Notes under the pieces: generated by a model
Database searches by the model: none
Told to the model about the DNA's origin: nothing
The model's input: the letters and a program-made list of their open reading frames with translations, nothing else
Position numbers and translations under genes: made by a program
NCBI GenBank assembly: GCA_015069195.1
Contig: SVJA01000005.1
Location: 10,860-74,859 of the forward strand
Direction: 5' to 3'
Source of the DNA: Oscillospiraceae bacterium
GTDB taxonomy: Bacteria; Bacillota; Clostridia; UBA1212
Length of the DNA: 64,000 nt
Part shown: one piece after another, positions 10,419 to 18,934 of the stretch
How the letters are laid out: the number at the start of each line of letters is the position of its first letter
Numbering within the stretch: the stretch's first letter is position 1

Positions 10419-11564
10419 TCATCTCGTGTTTGCTCCTGTAAGATAATAGAATCCGTCGTAGTTTCTCGACACAAGTCCATTTATCTCAAGCACACCCAAT
10501 ACAGAGCGAAGTTTACCGAAAGATATGCCTGTTTCGAGTTGAATAAAATTCAGATCGTGGTGGCCCTCTGCTACCGCTCTGTATACCGATTTTTCGTCGT
10601 CATTCGACAAAGCAGGACATTCATAGCTTTGGTATTCTGCAGAAATTCTGCCTGCGAAACCGATGCCCATCTCGGAAAGAATATCTTGGCAGGACATAAC
10701 ACATAGTGCTCCGTTTTGTATCAGTTTGTTTGCACCGTAGCTCAGCGTACTGTCGATATTTCCCGGAACGGCATATACATCTCTCCCCATATCACCTGCA
10801 AGACCTGCTGTTATCATAGCTCCGCTTGTTTCCCCTGCCTCTATAACCGTCACCGCCTGTGACATACCTGCTATAATTCTGTTTCGTGCAGGAAAATGAT
10901 TTCTGACCGGTTCCGAACCCGGTAAAAACTCGCTTATTATACAACCTTTGTCTTTTATTTCGTTGTAAAGATGTCTATTCTCCGAAGGATAAACCACATC
11001 GGCACCGCAACCGAGTACTGCCACCGTATATCCGTCACTTGACAAAGCACCTTTGTGTGCAGCAGAATCTACACCTCTTGCCATACCGCTTACTATACCA
11101 ATACCAAAAGCCGACAGTATTCGCGAAAACTTCAAAGATACACCGTAACCGTAAGCACTGCAATTTCTCGCTCCCACAACGGCGAGCAGCGGCATCTTAA
11201 CACTTTCATCCGTACTAATCTCCGACGGAAGTTTACCGTAACAATACAGCACTACCGGCGCACATGATATTTCTTTTAAATACTCCGGGAATGAGTTGTC
11301 ACACTTTTTTATAATCCTCATTCCGGATTTGATTGCTTTATTATGTATTTTTTCAGCCTCATCTATTCTGCCTTTGTCTAAAAGTCTTTCTTTCAATTTC
11401 TTATTCACAGAAACACTTTCGGTAAGTTCACCGTACCGTGCCATTTCGTATGCCGTTTCTATACTTCCGTATTCCGTTTCCAGAAGTCCAACTATGTCAT
11501 TTATAGGTCTGCCCAATCTGCTTGCCCAGATCCACGAAACATCAGATACACAAGAATTTTCCAT
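10419..11564 (-). CDS. dprA: DNA-processing protein DprA (Smf)
   Basis: DprA Rossmann core GMARGVDSAAHKGAL ... VLGCGADVVYPSEN. ATG 11564 follows GGAG with an 8-nt spacer and shares one base with the comM stop (TGATG). The ORF-track start at 11570 is a TTG. Confidence 0.9.
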   Translation of the reverse strand: MENSCVSDVSWIWASRLGRPINDIVGLLETEYGSIETAYEMARYGELTESVSVNKKLKERLLDKGRIDEAEKIHNKAIKSGMRIIKKCDNSFPEYLKEISCAPVVLYCYGKLPSEISTDESVKMPLLAVVGARNCSAYGYGVSLKFSRILSAFGIGIVSGMARGVDSAAHKGALSSDGYTVAVLGCGADVVYPSENRHLYNEIKDKGCIISEFLPGSEPVRNHFPARNRIIAGMSQAVTVIEAGETSGAMITAGLAGDMGRDVYAVPGNIDSTLSYGANKLIQNGALCVMSCQDILSEMGIGFAGRISAEYQSYECPALSNDDEKSVYRAVAEGHHDLNFIQLETGISFGKLRSVLGVLEINGLVSRNYDGFYYLTGANTR

Positions 11565-13084
11565 CAGCAAAACTCCTTTCTGTCGAGCAATCTGTATTGA
11601 AGAGCCTCTGATATATCATAAGTATTTATTTCCTCTCTCAAATCCATATCTGCAATCGTTCTCGCAATACGAATAACCTTTTCCACGCCTCTCACACTGA
11701 ATCCTATATCATCAACCGCACTCTCTAACATCTTTTTAACCGGCGGACGCAACCTGCAAAATTTTTCAATCAAATGCCTGTCTGCCCGTCCGTTATACCC
11801 GGAACAAGATGTTTTGTAACGATTATGTTGGATCTCCACAGTACGTTTTACCCGTTCAGCAATATCTGACGAACTTTCTTCCTTAGATTTTCCGAAATCC
11901 GAAAACTTCACACTCCGCACCGGGATATGCATATCTATCCGGTCTGCAATCGGTGAAGATATTTTTGTAATTCTGCTTCTTACCTGTACCCTGCTGCAAG
12001 TACATTTACCGGCGCCTTCGAAAAGATTTCCGCACCTGCATGGATTTGCCGTTGCCACAAAGAGAAAGTCCGCAGGAATTTTTTCCGATGTTCCGTCTTT
12101 CGTAAATATTGAATATCGATTTTCGAGCGGTAACCTGAGGGAATCAATCAGATTCGGTTTCATTTCAGTTATCTCATCAATGTACAAAACACCGTTATGT
12201 GCAAGATTTATCTCCCCGATACCGCTATCTTTTCCGCCGATAAGCGCTGTTTGCGAAATACCCGTATAAATTTCACGAAAAGGTCTTACCGATGTTATGT
12301 TCTGTGTACCCCTCATAAATAGCCCTGCCGCGCTGTAAACAGATGCCGTCTCAAGGGCCTCATCAATATTCATTTCAGGCATTATCCCCGAAATACATTT
12401 TGCAAGCATAGTTTTACCGCTGCCCCGACTGCCCATAAACAGAATATTGTGTCTACCGGACACTGCAATCTCTATAGCCCTCTTTACATCGCGCTGACCG
12501 AACACATCGTTAAAATCGTATTGTTTTTCCGGATTTTCCCCATAAGCAAATTCTTTGTTTCCGCAAATAAACGAATCACTTTTTAAAAGAATCTCAACAG
12601 TCGCTTTTAAAGACGAAACACCTAATGCCGGAATACCGAGGCAACATACCTCTTGTAAATTATCTTTCGGAACTATTACCCCTCTCACTTTTGATAAATC
12701 TACGCCAATCATCATCGAAAGAACTCCGCGTACAGACTTTACACTCCCGTCTAAAGAAAGTTCACCTAATACCGCAATACCGGAGAGTTTATCTTTCGGA
12801 ATCACACCCGAAGCATTCAATATTCCGAGAGCTATCGGTAAATCAAAACCGCTGCCGTCCTTTTTAATATCCGCAGGTGAAAGATTTACAGTAACCCTTC
12901 CCTTCGGAAAAGAAATCCCGCTGTTTAGAACAGCAGTACGAACTCTCTTTGCAGACTCATGAATACCCACACCGCAAAGACCTATAATTTTGAAATCAGG
13001 TATTCCCCGGGAAATGTCCGTCTCCACCTCTACTGACATTCCACGCACACCTTTGAGATAAAAAGTATCAACTTTCGAAAACAA
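11564..13084 (-). CDS. YifB/ComM family Mg-chelatase-like AAA ATPase
   Basis: N-terminal Lon-like domain (VEVETDISRGIPDFKIIGL), Walker A GSRGSGKTMLAK, ChlI-like C-terminus. TTG start at 13084, 7 nt after GGGGG. Confidence 0.9.
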   Translation of the reverse strand: MFSKVDTFYLKGVRGMSVEVETDISRGIPDFKIIGLCGVGIHESAKRVRTAVLNSGISFPKGRVTVNLSPADIKKDGSGFDLPIALGILNASGVIPKDKLSGIAVLGELSLDGSVKSVRGVLSMMIGVDLSKVRGVIVPKDNLQEVCCLGIPALGVSSLKATVEILLKSDSFICGNKEFAYGENPEKQYDFNDVFGQRDVKRAIEIAVSGRHNILFMGSRGSGKTMLAKCISGIMPEMNIDEALETASVYSAAGLFMRGTQNITSVRPFREIYTGISQTALIGGKDSGIGEINLAHNGVLYIDEITEMKPNLIDSLRLPLENRYSIFTKDGTSEKIPADFLFVATANPCRCGNLFEGAGKCTCSRVQVRSRITKISSPIADRIDMHIPVRSVKFSDFGKSKEESSSDIAERVKRTVEIQHNRYKTSCSGYNGRADRHLIEKFCRLRPPVKKMLESAVDDIGFSVRGVEKVIRIARTIADMDLREEINTYDISEALQYRLLDRKEFC

Positions 13085-13120
13085 AAAATCGCCCCCTAAA
13101 CTATCTTAGGGGACGATTTT
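13085..13120 (-). terminator. Terminator of the LRR gene; its 3' arm carries the comM RBS
   Basis: AAAATCGCCCCCTA (13085-13098) pairs with TAGGGGACGATTTT (13107-13120). On the minus strand the hairpin is followed by UUUUUUGUUUUCG, which contains the comM TTG start. Confidence 0.7.
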
Positions 13121-13177
13121 AACAGATTTTTTTAATTTACAATATTTCCCGAATTTTACATTCTGTTGGGAAGATCA

Positions 13178-14704
13178 TTACGGCCATACAAATCCATCCG
13201 GAAGTGCTGTACAAGCAAATGTAAGAGCCTTTCCCTTTGTTGTAACAGATGCAGGAATAGAGAGCTTATCAGCAGCAAGTGAATGGCAATACTGGAATGC
13301 AGCATTCTCTATTGTTGTAACACCGTCAGGAATTGCAATCTCCTCTATCACACGGTCTCCGGAGAATGCCCAGCTCTCGATAACTCTGAGCTTTGTGCCT
13401 GTGAAAGTAAGTTTTTTAAGTGAGTAGCAGTTTTCAACGGAGTTACTGCCGATTTTGTAAAGCTCTTTACCGAATATAATCTCAACCGCTTCTTCGAGAC
13501 CTGCAAGAGCATAATCGTCAAGAATAACGAGTGAATCAGGAAGAGTAAGTTTTGTTATACCGATAGTGTCATCTTTGAGATTGTAGTTACGGAAGAATGC
13601 TTTGTAACCGATAATCTTTACCGGAAGTCCTTCGAACTCACCGGGAACAGTAACATCGAGATCAAGACCGTTATATCTTGTGATCTTAGAGTATGTTTCA
13701 TAAAGCTCATATTCGTAGTCACCGGACTCACCTTTCTTCTGAAGTTTCTCAGCCTTAAGTGCAACCTCGGGATCAACTTCAGGAGCAGGAGTAGCAGAAG
13801 TTGCAGGAGAATTTTTGTCACCGTTATCAGTCTTATCTCCGCAAGCAACAAGTCCGAGTGCAAGTACTGCAACAAGAGCCAAAACCAAAGCAGTTCTCAC
13901 TCTCTTCTTCTTGAGCAAATCACCGTTTATACCAAAAGCAGCAACTATGCAAGCAAATGCCATACCGAGAGAAAAAGCAGAAGTCTTAGTTTCCGAAGCA
14001 CCTGCTTTAAGAGCTTTGAAATTACAATCAAAAGATTTCGCTTCTTTAGCAGTAGCAAATGTAGCAAATCCGGCAACATCATAATAATCAACATCGTCAT
14101 TAGGCTGGCTGAGCGGATCAAGTCTCAAAAGCTGCAAATCGCCCTTCCACTCAGGAAGTTTTGATACATCAAATACTAATCTTATCCAATTACCGGAATT
14201 TCTCTTATAACCAGCAGAACTTACTATATAGTCGCCCTGTCCTGTGAGCATGGGATGTGTAGCAGTACCTACAAACAAACCTGCTTTGTCACCGGAACTA
14301 ACTTTAAGGTCGTGACCTTCTTCATTCTGGAATCTCACATAAACAACAACAGCACCGATACCCTCACACTTCAGATCCTCACCCATTTCATAAACAGGAA
14401 GATACATATAAGGATCAAAAACGCCTGTGTGACCGTTCTTGTCATAAGTACCGTTGTACTCGTACGGAGACTTCTCGAAAGTAAGTCTTATCGCACCCGC
14501 AACATTCTCGTCGTCTTTAACATCTATATACTCTGTGTTGGTAAAACCGTAAGCATTACCGATAGCGTCATGATAATACTCGTTATCAAAAGCTACATAA
14601 TGCAAAGGTTTAGCATCGGCTGCCGCTGCAGGCAACATCATCGAAAATACAGATGTCATAACAAGCAGCAAACCGATAAAAAGTCTGAATTTACTATGCT
14701 TCAT
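13178..14704 (-). CDS. Surface protein: N-terminal beta-sandwich-like module, TM hairpin / internal lipoprotein signal, C-terminal BspA-type leucine-rich repeats
   Basis: Signal peptide MKHSKFRLFIGLLLVMTSVFSMMLPAAAADA. LRR_5-like repeats (LPDSLVILDDYALAG, IPDGVTTIENAAFQYCHSL). GGAGG RBS before ATG 14704. Confidence 0.75.
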   Translation of the reverse strand: MKHSKFRLFIGLLLVMTSVFSMMLPAAAADAKPLHYVAFDNEYYHDAIGNAYGFTNTEYIDVKDDENVAGAIRLTFEKSPYEYNGTYDKNGHTGVFDPYMYLPVYEMGEDLKCEGIGAVVVYVRFQNEEGHDLKVSSGDKAGLFVGTATHPMLTGQGDYIVSSAGYKRNSGNWIRLVFDVSKLPEWKGDLQLLRLDPLSQPNDDVDYYDVAGFATFATAKEAKSFDCNFKALKAGASETKTSAFSLGMAFACIVAAFGINGDLLKKKRVRTALVLALVAVLALGLVACGDKTDNGDKNSPATSATPAPEVDPEVALKAEKLQKKGESGDYEYELYETYSKITRYNGLDLDVTVPGEFEGLPVKIIGYKAFFRNYNLKDDTIGITKLTLPDSLVILDDYALAGLEEAVEIIFGKELYKIGSNSVENCYSLKKLTFTGTKLRVIESWAFSGDRVIEEIAIPDGVTTIENAAFQYCHSLAADKLSIPASVTTKGKALTFACTALPDGFVWP

Positions 14705-14854
14705 TTTTTTACCTCCAAAATATTTGATAGGAATATTATACCAATTAAAATTTATTAAGTAAATGTTATTTTATTTTTGCCGGTATTGACATTTTTCGGC
14801 AAAAAAATCATAATCACTAAAAACACTGACATTCACTTTCAAAAGAGGTATATC

Positions 14855-15079
14855 ATGATAAAAAAGGGCATTTACAGACATTTCAAAGGCAATTTATATG
14901 AAGTCATAGGAACAGCCAAGCACAGCGAAACACTCGAAGAAATGGTTGTCTACAAAGCACTTTACGATGATGGCTCCCTTTGGGTACGCCCTGCTTCTAT
15001 GTGGAACGCAACAGTAGAACGTGACGGCAATGTTTATAAAAGATTTACTTTTGTAGGAGATGAAGCAAATGAATCATAA
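14855..15079 (+). CDS. DUF1653-like small protein
   Basis: GIYRHFKGNLYEV...VVYKALYDDGSLWVRP matches my recollection of the DUF1653 pattern. ATG 14855 follows GAGG; the ORF-track start 14777 has no RBS. Confidence 0.6.
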   Translation: MIKKGIYRHFKGNLYEVIGTAKHSETLEEMVVYKALYDDGSLWVRPASMWNATVERDGNVYKRFTFVGDEANES

Positions 15080-15518
15080 AGAATACGCAATGCAACTTTT
15101 CAAGGACGGATACAACTGTTCACAGGCAGTCACCGCAGCATTTTCCGATGTCACCGGTGTAAGTTTTGAAGATTCGGTAAAAATTGCCTCGTCTTTCGGC
15201 GGCGGCATGGGCAGAATGAGAGAAGTCTGCGGAGCTGTCAGCGGAATGTTTCTCGTACTCGGTATGATAGAGGGCTACAGCGACCCCAAAGACAATGTTT
15301 CAAAAAAGGCTCACTACGAAAAAGTCCAGAAACTTGCCGAGGAATTCAAAAAGGAACACTGTTCCATTATTTGCCGTGAACTTTTAGGACTCGACATAAA
15401 AGGCGCTGATGACCCTACCCCTGCAGAGCGCACCGCCACTTACTACAAAAAACGCCCCTGCGTCGAAATGGTCGGCACAGCGGCAGAAATTTTGGATAGA
15501 TATTTAGAAAACAAATAG
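15069..15518 (+). CDS. C_GCAxxG_C_C family protein
   Basis: Family-defining Cys pattern: GYNCSQAV, VCGAVSG, CSIICREL, RPCVEMV. ATG 15069 lies 9 nt after AGGAG, whereas ATG 15060 abuts the RBS. It overlaps the upstream gene by 11 nt. Confidence 0.75.
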   Translation: MNHKEYAMQLFKDGYNCSQAVTAAFSDVTGVSFEDSVKIASSFGGGMGRMREVCGAVSGMFLVLGMIEGYSDPKDNVSKKAHYEKVQKLAEEFKKEHCSIICRELLGLDIKGADDPTPAERTATYYKKRPCVEMVGTAAEILDRYLENK

Positions 15519-15532
15519 TCTGACGATAAAAC

Positions 15533-15557
15533 AAAAGGACGGTTTCTCCGTCCTTTT
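15533..15557. terminator. Bidirectional terminator between convergent genes
   Basis: AAAAGGACGG / TTTCT / CCGTCCTTTT, flanked by A- and T-runs. Confidence 0.8.
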
Positions 15558-15572
15558 ATCATTTCAACAAAA

Positions 15573-17303
15573 TCAACGATTTCTCGCACCAATCAAAGAC
15601 ACAATACTCATTCCGCCACCGAAACCAATCCACGCAATCAAAAACAATAAAATCCACGGTATCTCCGAAAGAAGTCCGCCTATCATACTAGCGTTTCCGT
15701 CAAGAATACACAAAACAACACAGGAAATCACCCCAACCAATGTCATACAAAAAGCAAAAAAGCCGCCCATAATAAGAAAGATTCTCAGAAAGTCAGATAA
15801 AGTAAACGGTGCATAAGCTTGATGCATATCCCGTTCTTTCCTTGTGAGTTTTTTCCACTCTGCTTTTTTTACGGCAATATCCACACTTTGTACAAGATCA
15901 TCAGATGTTTCATTACCGTTAGAATCTATATATTTGTCGCAATATGCAGCACGGCGATAAAATCGCTTTCCGCAGGCGTCAAACATACAAGAAAAAACAT
16001 CTTCAGGAGCATTATTTTTTCTATTAAGTGCAGTTCCGCACAGAAACTCAACTTGAAAACTTTCCTCTGAAGCAAGTTCATTACACTGAATAATAAATTT
16101 CGCATTCTTTTCCATACCTACAAAATACGTCTGTCCGTGTGATTCCGCAATATGTATACCCTTTAAAGCATTACGTTTGTAAAAAAGCGGATATTCACCG
16201 TTATACCCTTTCTTATGCAAACGCTCCTGTATCGTACTTCTGGTACTTTCCAATATTTCCCTATCAATATACTCATCCGAACGCGTAGGATACTCGGATT
16301 GTGATGCAGATATCATGTTGTATATTTCACGCCACAAAGGTTCATATTCAGCCTTATCCAATTCACGACGGAGCTTTTCACTTATACGAAACTGTTTGTT
16401 GCCATCAAAATAGTTTTCCGAAAGTTGGTCAACCAAAGTCAGTATTTTTTTATAACCGTATTTTTCTATGTACTTTTTAACTTCACCAAAAGTCGGTTTC
16501 TCCGAAACTTTCTTTGCATACGACAAAAACTTAAGCATGCCTATATCATTCAACAAAGGCAAAAGATTTTTCTCAGAATCATTCAAAGTACATTCCGGCA
16601 AAGAAGCCTTCTCCAAAATACATTCTGTTACTTTACTTATGTAATTCCAAGGTGAAGACACAAATATAAACGGAAAATTTGTCGAATTAAAAACATTTGT
16701 CTCAACTTCCGCACCGGAAAAACGAATTACAACAAAAGATTTATCTTCAATATTATAATGAAAAGCCTCACCCACTAAGCTGTAACCGTTATCATTTTTG
16801 ACAAACGAACTACTCTGAAAACTCAGCGTTGAACAGTCTTCCGGAAGACCTTTGGCATCTTTGAGAATAAGTTTTCTTTCAATTGACCAGTTGTAATAAA
16901 GATCAATGACCACATCATTACCGCGCACAGTAATATCTTCAGACATTACGTAACCTTGATAATTTACAAGTTCCCATAGCGCATGTTTAACACAATCATC
17001 AAAACCTTCTGAAAATCTGTCAAATTTCTGCCTGCTCCACGAACCCTCTGCGGCAACTTTGTCATAGCACGCTTTCATAAATGCAAAATAATCTGCGTTG
17101 CTGACGTCTTTTGATATATATTTCATGACCGAAGCCGGAAATTCTCCTTCTTCGGAACATAGATCATTAATCCATTTTCTTATCTTTTTTTGCTTGCGAG
17201 GAGAAGCAATCGCCGGATCCTTTTCAGAAAAAACATCACAAGAAAATTCATAATTCTCGCTGAAAATTTCTACAAAATTTAAATCAATCTTTGAAATATC
17301 CAA
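15573..17303 (-). CDS. Hypothetical 576-aa protein with C-terminal multi-TM anchor
   Basis: Long uninterrupted ORF, last gene of the pheST-...-pepP strand block. TTG start 11 nt after GGAG. The last ~85 aa form about three hydrophobic helices (FLIMGGFFAFCMTLVGVISCVVLCIL, IPWILLFLIAWIGFGGGMSIVSLI). I recognise no family. Confidence 0.6.
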   Translation of the reverse strand: MDISKIDLNFVEIFSENYEFSCDVFSEKDPAIASPRKQKKIRKWINDLCSEEGEFPASVMKYISKDVSNADYFAFMKACYDKVAAEGSWSRQKFDRFSEGFDDCVKHALWELVNYQGYVMSEDITVRGNDVVIDLYYNWSIERKLILKDAKGLPEDCSTLSFQSSSFVKNDNGYSLVGEAFHYNIEDKSFVVIRFSGAEVETNVFNSTNFPFIFVSSPWNYISKVTECILEKASLPECTLNDSEKNLLPLLNDIGMLKFLSYAKKVSEKPTFGEVKKYIEKYGYKKILTLVDQLSENYFDGNKQFRISEKLRRELDKAEYEPLWREIYNMISASQSEYPTRSDEYIDREILESTRSTIQERLHKKGYNGEYPLFYKRNALKGIHIAESHGQTYFVGMEKNAKFIIQCNELASEESFQVEFLCGTALNRKNNAPEDVFSCMFDACGKRFYRRAAYCDKYIDSNGNETSDDLVQSVDIAVKKAEWKKLTRKERDMHQAYAPFTLSDFLRIFLIMGGFFAFCMTLVGVISCVVLCILDGNASMIGGLLSEIPWILLFLIAWIGFGGGMSIVSLIGARNR

Positions 17304-17320
17304 TCCTATCTATACTCCTC

Positions 17321-18403
17321 TCACAGCACCGTCAATTCCTTACCGATACCCTCTGTCAGAATCGTCAATTTGCCATCCTTTTCGCACACAAGGTCTTCAA
17401 TGCGAGCACCACCGACACCTTCGACATAAATTCCGGGTTCGACGCTGAAAACCATTCCGGGCTTCAGGTGAGCCTTGCTTCTCGGAGAAACGGACGGAGC
17501 TTCGTGGATTTCGATACCTACGCCGTGGCCTAAACTGTGGCCGAAATATTGACCGTATCCGCAAAAAGAGATATGTTTTCTTGCGACGGCATCAAGGTCT
17601 GCACATTCCATTCCGGACTTGTATGATTCAATAGCCTTTAATTGAGCCTGCAAAACAGTTTCGTAAATCTTTGCCATTTTGTCAGACGGAGTTCCTACAA
17701 AGAATGTTCTTGTCATATCAGAGCAATAACCGTTATAAACAGCACCGAAATCAATTGTAACGGGATCACCGTCGCATATCAATTTTTCAGACGGTATGCC
17801 GTGCGGCATGGCGCTCCGCTCACCTGACACAACTATTGTGCCAAACGAGGTTCGCTCCGCGCCCAAACATCTCATATTATATTCGAGCAATGCGGCAATT
17901 TGCAGTTCCGAAACACCGACTTTAATATCCGGAATAGTGCGTTTGAGAGCCTCGGTCGCAATATCGCAAGCCTTTTTGATACTGGTTATTTCCTCGTCAC
18001 TTTTTATAATACGCATATCTTCAATGGCGTTATTCAAAGGAACAAGCTCTGCACCGAGTTTAGCAAAATAACTGCCAAAAGATGCGAAAGTAATTCGTTG
18101 ATTTTCAAAAGCAACTTTTTTTACACCGAGCTTTTCAATAAGTTTTGACATTCTTTCAAGAGAAGTACAATTTGCTTCTATAAGTTCAAACTCCGGGCAA
18201 ACACTTTTTGCATAAGTTGTGTATCTTGAGTCTGTGATTATAAATGATTCGTCACAAGTCACAAGAAGTCTCGCGTCAGAATCACCCGTAACACCTGAAA
18301 CGAAACCCGAAACATAATATACATTCTCGCAAGAAGTCAAAAGAACGGCATCTAAACCGTTCTTTTTTATATAATCTTTTATACTGATTAAATTATTTTT
18401 CAT
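17321..18403 (-). CDS. Xaa-Pro aminopeptidase / M24B family peptidase
   Basis: M24 metal-ligand blocks DFGAVYNGYCSDMTRT, HSLGHGVGIEIHE, EPGIY, ARIED, plus an N-terminal creatinase-like domain. Confidence 0.88.
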   Translation of the reverse strand: MKNNLISIKDYIKKNGLDAVLLTSCENVYYVSGFVSGVTGDSDARLLVTCDESFIITDSRYTTYAKSVCPEFELIEANCTSLERMSKLIEKLGVKKVAFENQRITFASFGSYFAKLGAELVPLNNAIEDMRIIKSDEEITSIKKACDIATEALKRTIPDIKVGVSELQIAALLEYNMRCLGAERTSFGTIVVSGERSAMPHGIPSEKLICDGDPVTIDFGAVYNGYCSDMTRTFFVGTPSDKMAKIYETVLQAQLKAIESYKSGMECADLDAVARKHISFCGYGQYFGHSLGHGVGIEIHEAPSVSPRSKAHLKPGMVFSVEPGIYVEGVGGARIEDLVCEKDGKLTILTEGIGKELTVL

Positions 18404-18432
18404 AGCAAAACTCCGTCGCTCGTATCAAACAA

Positions 18433-18912
18433 TTAAAGCTCCATTGTAAAAGACTTACCGCTCTTATCGTACTCTCTGAAAGTAACGCCGGCAGCCTTCA
18501 TCATCATCTTAGCAGCAAGAACAGAATCGGTCTTAGCGTATTTGTCCTCCATATAGATAACCTCTTTTACGCCTGCCTGAATAATCGCTTTTGTACACTC
18601 ATTGCAAGGGAAAAGAGTTGTGTAAATGCGACTGCCTTTAAGTGAGCCTCTGTTGTAGTTTAATATTGCATTAAGCTCTGCGTGGCAAACAAAAACATAT
18701 TTTGTTTCAAGCGCACTGCCCTCTCTCTCCCAAGGGAACTCATCGTCCGAGCAACCCATAGGCATACCGTTGTAGCCGAGCGACAAAATTCTGTTATCTG
18801 AGCCGACAATACAAGCACCTACACCTGTGTTCGGGTCTTTGCTCCTCTTTGAAGATAAAATGGCAATACCCATAAAATATTCATCCCAAGAAATATAGTC
18901 CTGTCTCTTCAT
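18433..18912 (-). CDS. dCMP deaminase (ComEB-type cytidine/deoxycytidylate deaminase)
   Basis: Zinc motifs HAELNA and PCNECTKAI. 159 aa. GAGGAG RBS. Confidence 0.9.
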   Translation of the reverse strand: MKRQDYISWDEYFMGIAILSSKRSKDPNTGVGACIVGSDNRILSLGYNGMPMGCSDDEFPWEREGSALETKYVFVCHAELNAILNYNRGSLKGSRIYTTLFPCNECTKAIIQAGVKEVIYMEDKYAKTDSVLAAKMMMKAAGVTFREYDKSGKSFTMEL

Positions 18913-18934
18913 ATATTTTCTCCTCGTAAAAAAA

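Noticed and set aside
18433-18912. dCMP deaminase as a possible nucleotide-depletion anti-phage defence gene.
   Set aside because: It is a minimal 159-aa ComEB-type enzyme with no fused kinase or effector domain. It sits in a housekeeping operon, consistent with ordinary pyrimidine metabolism.
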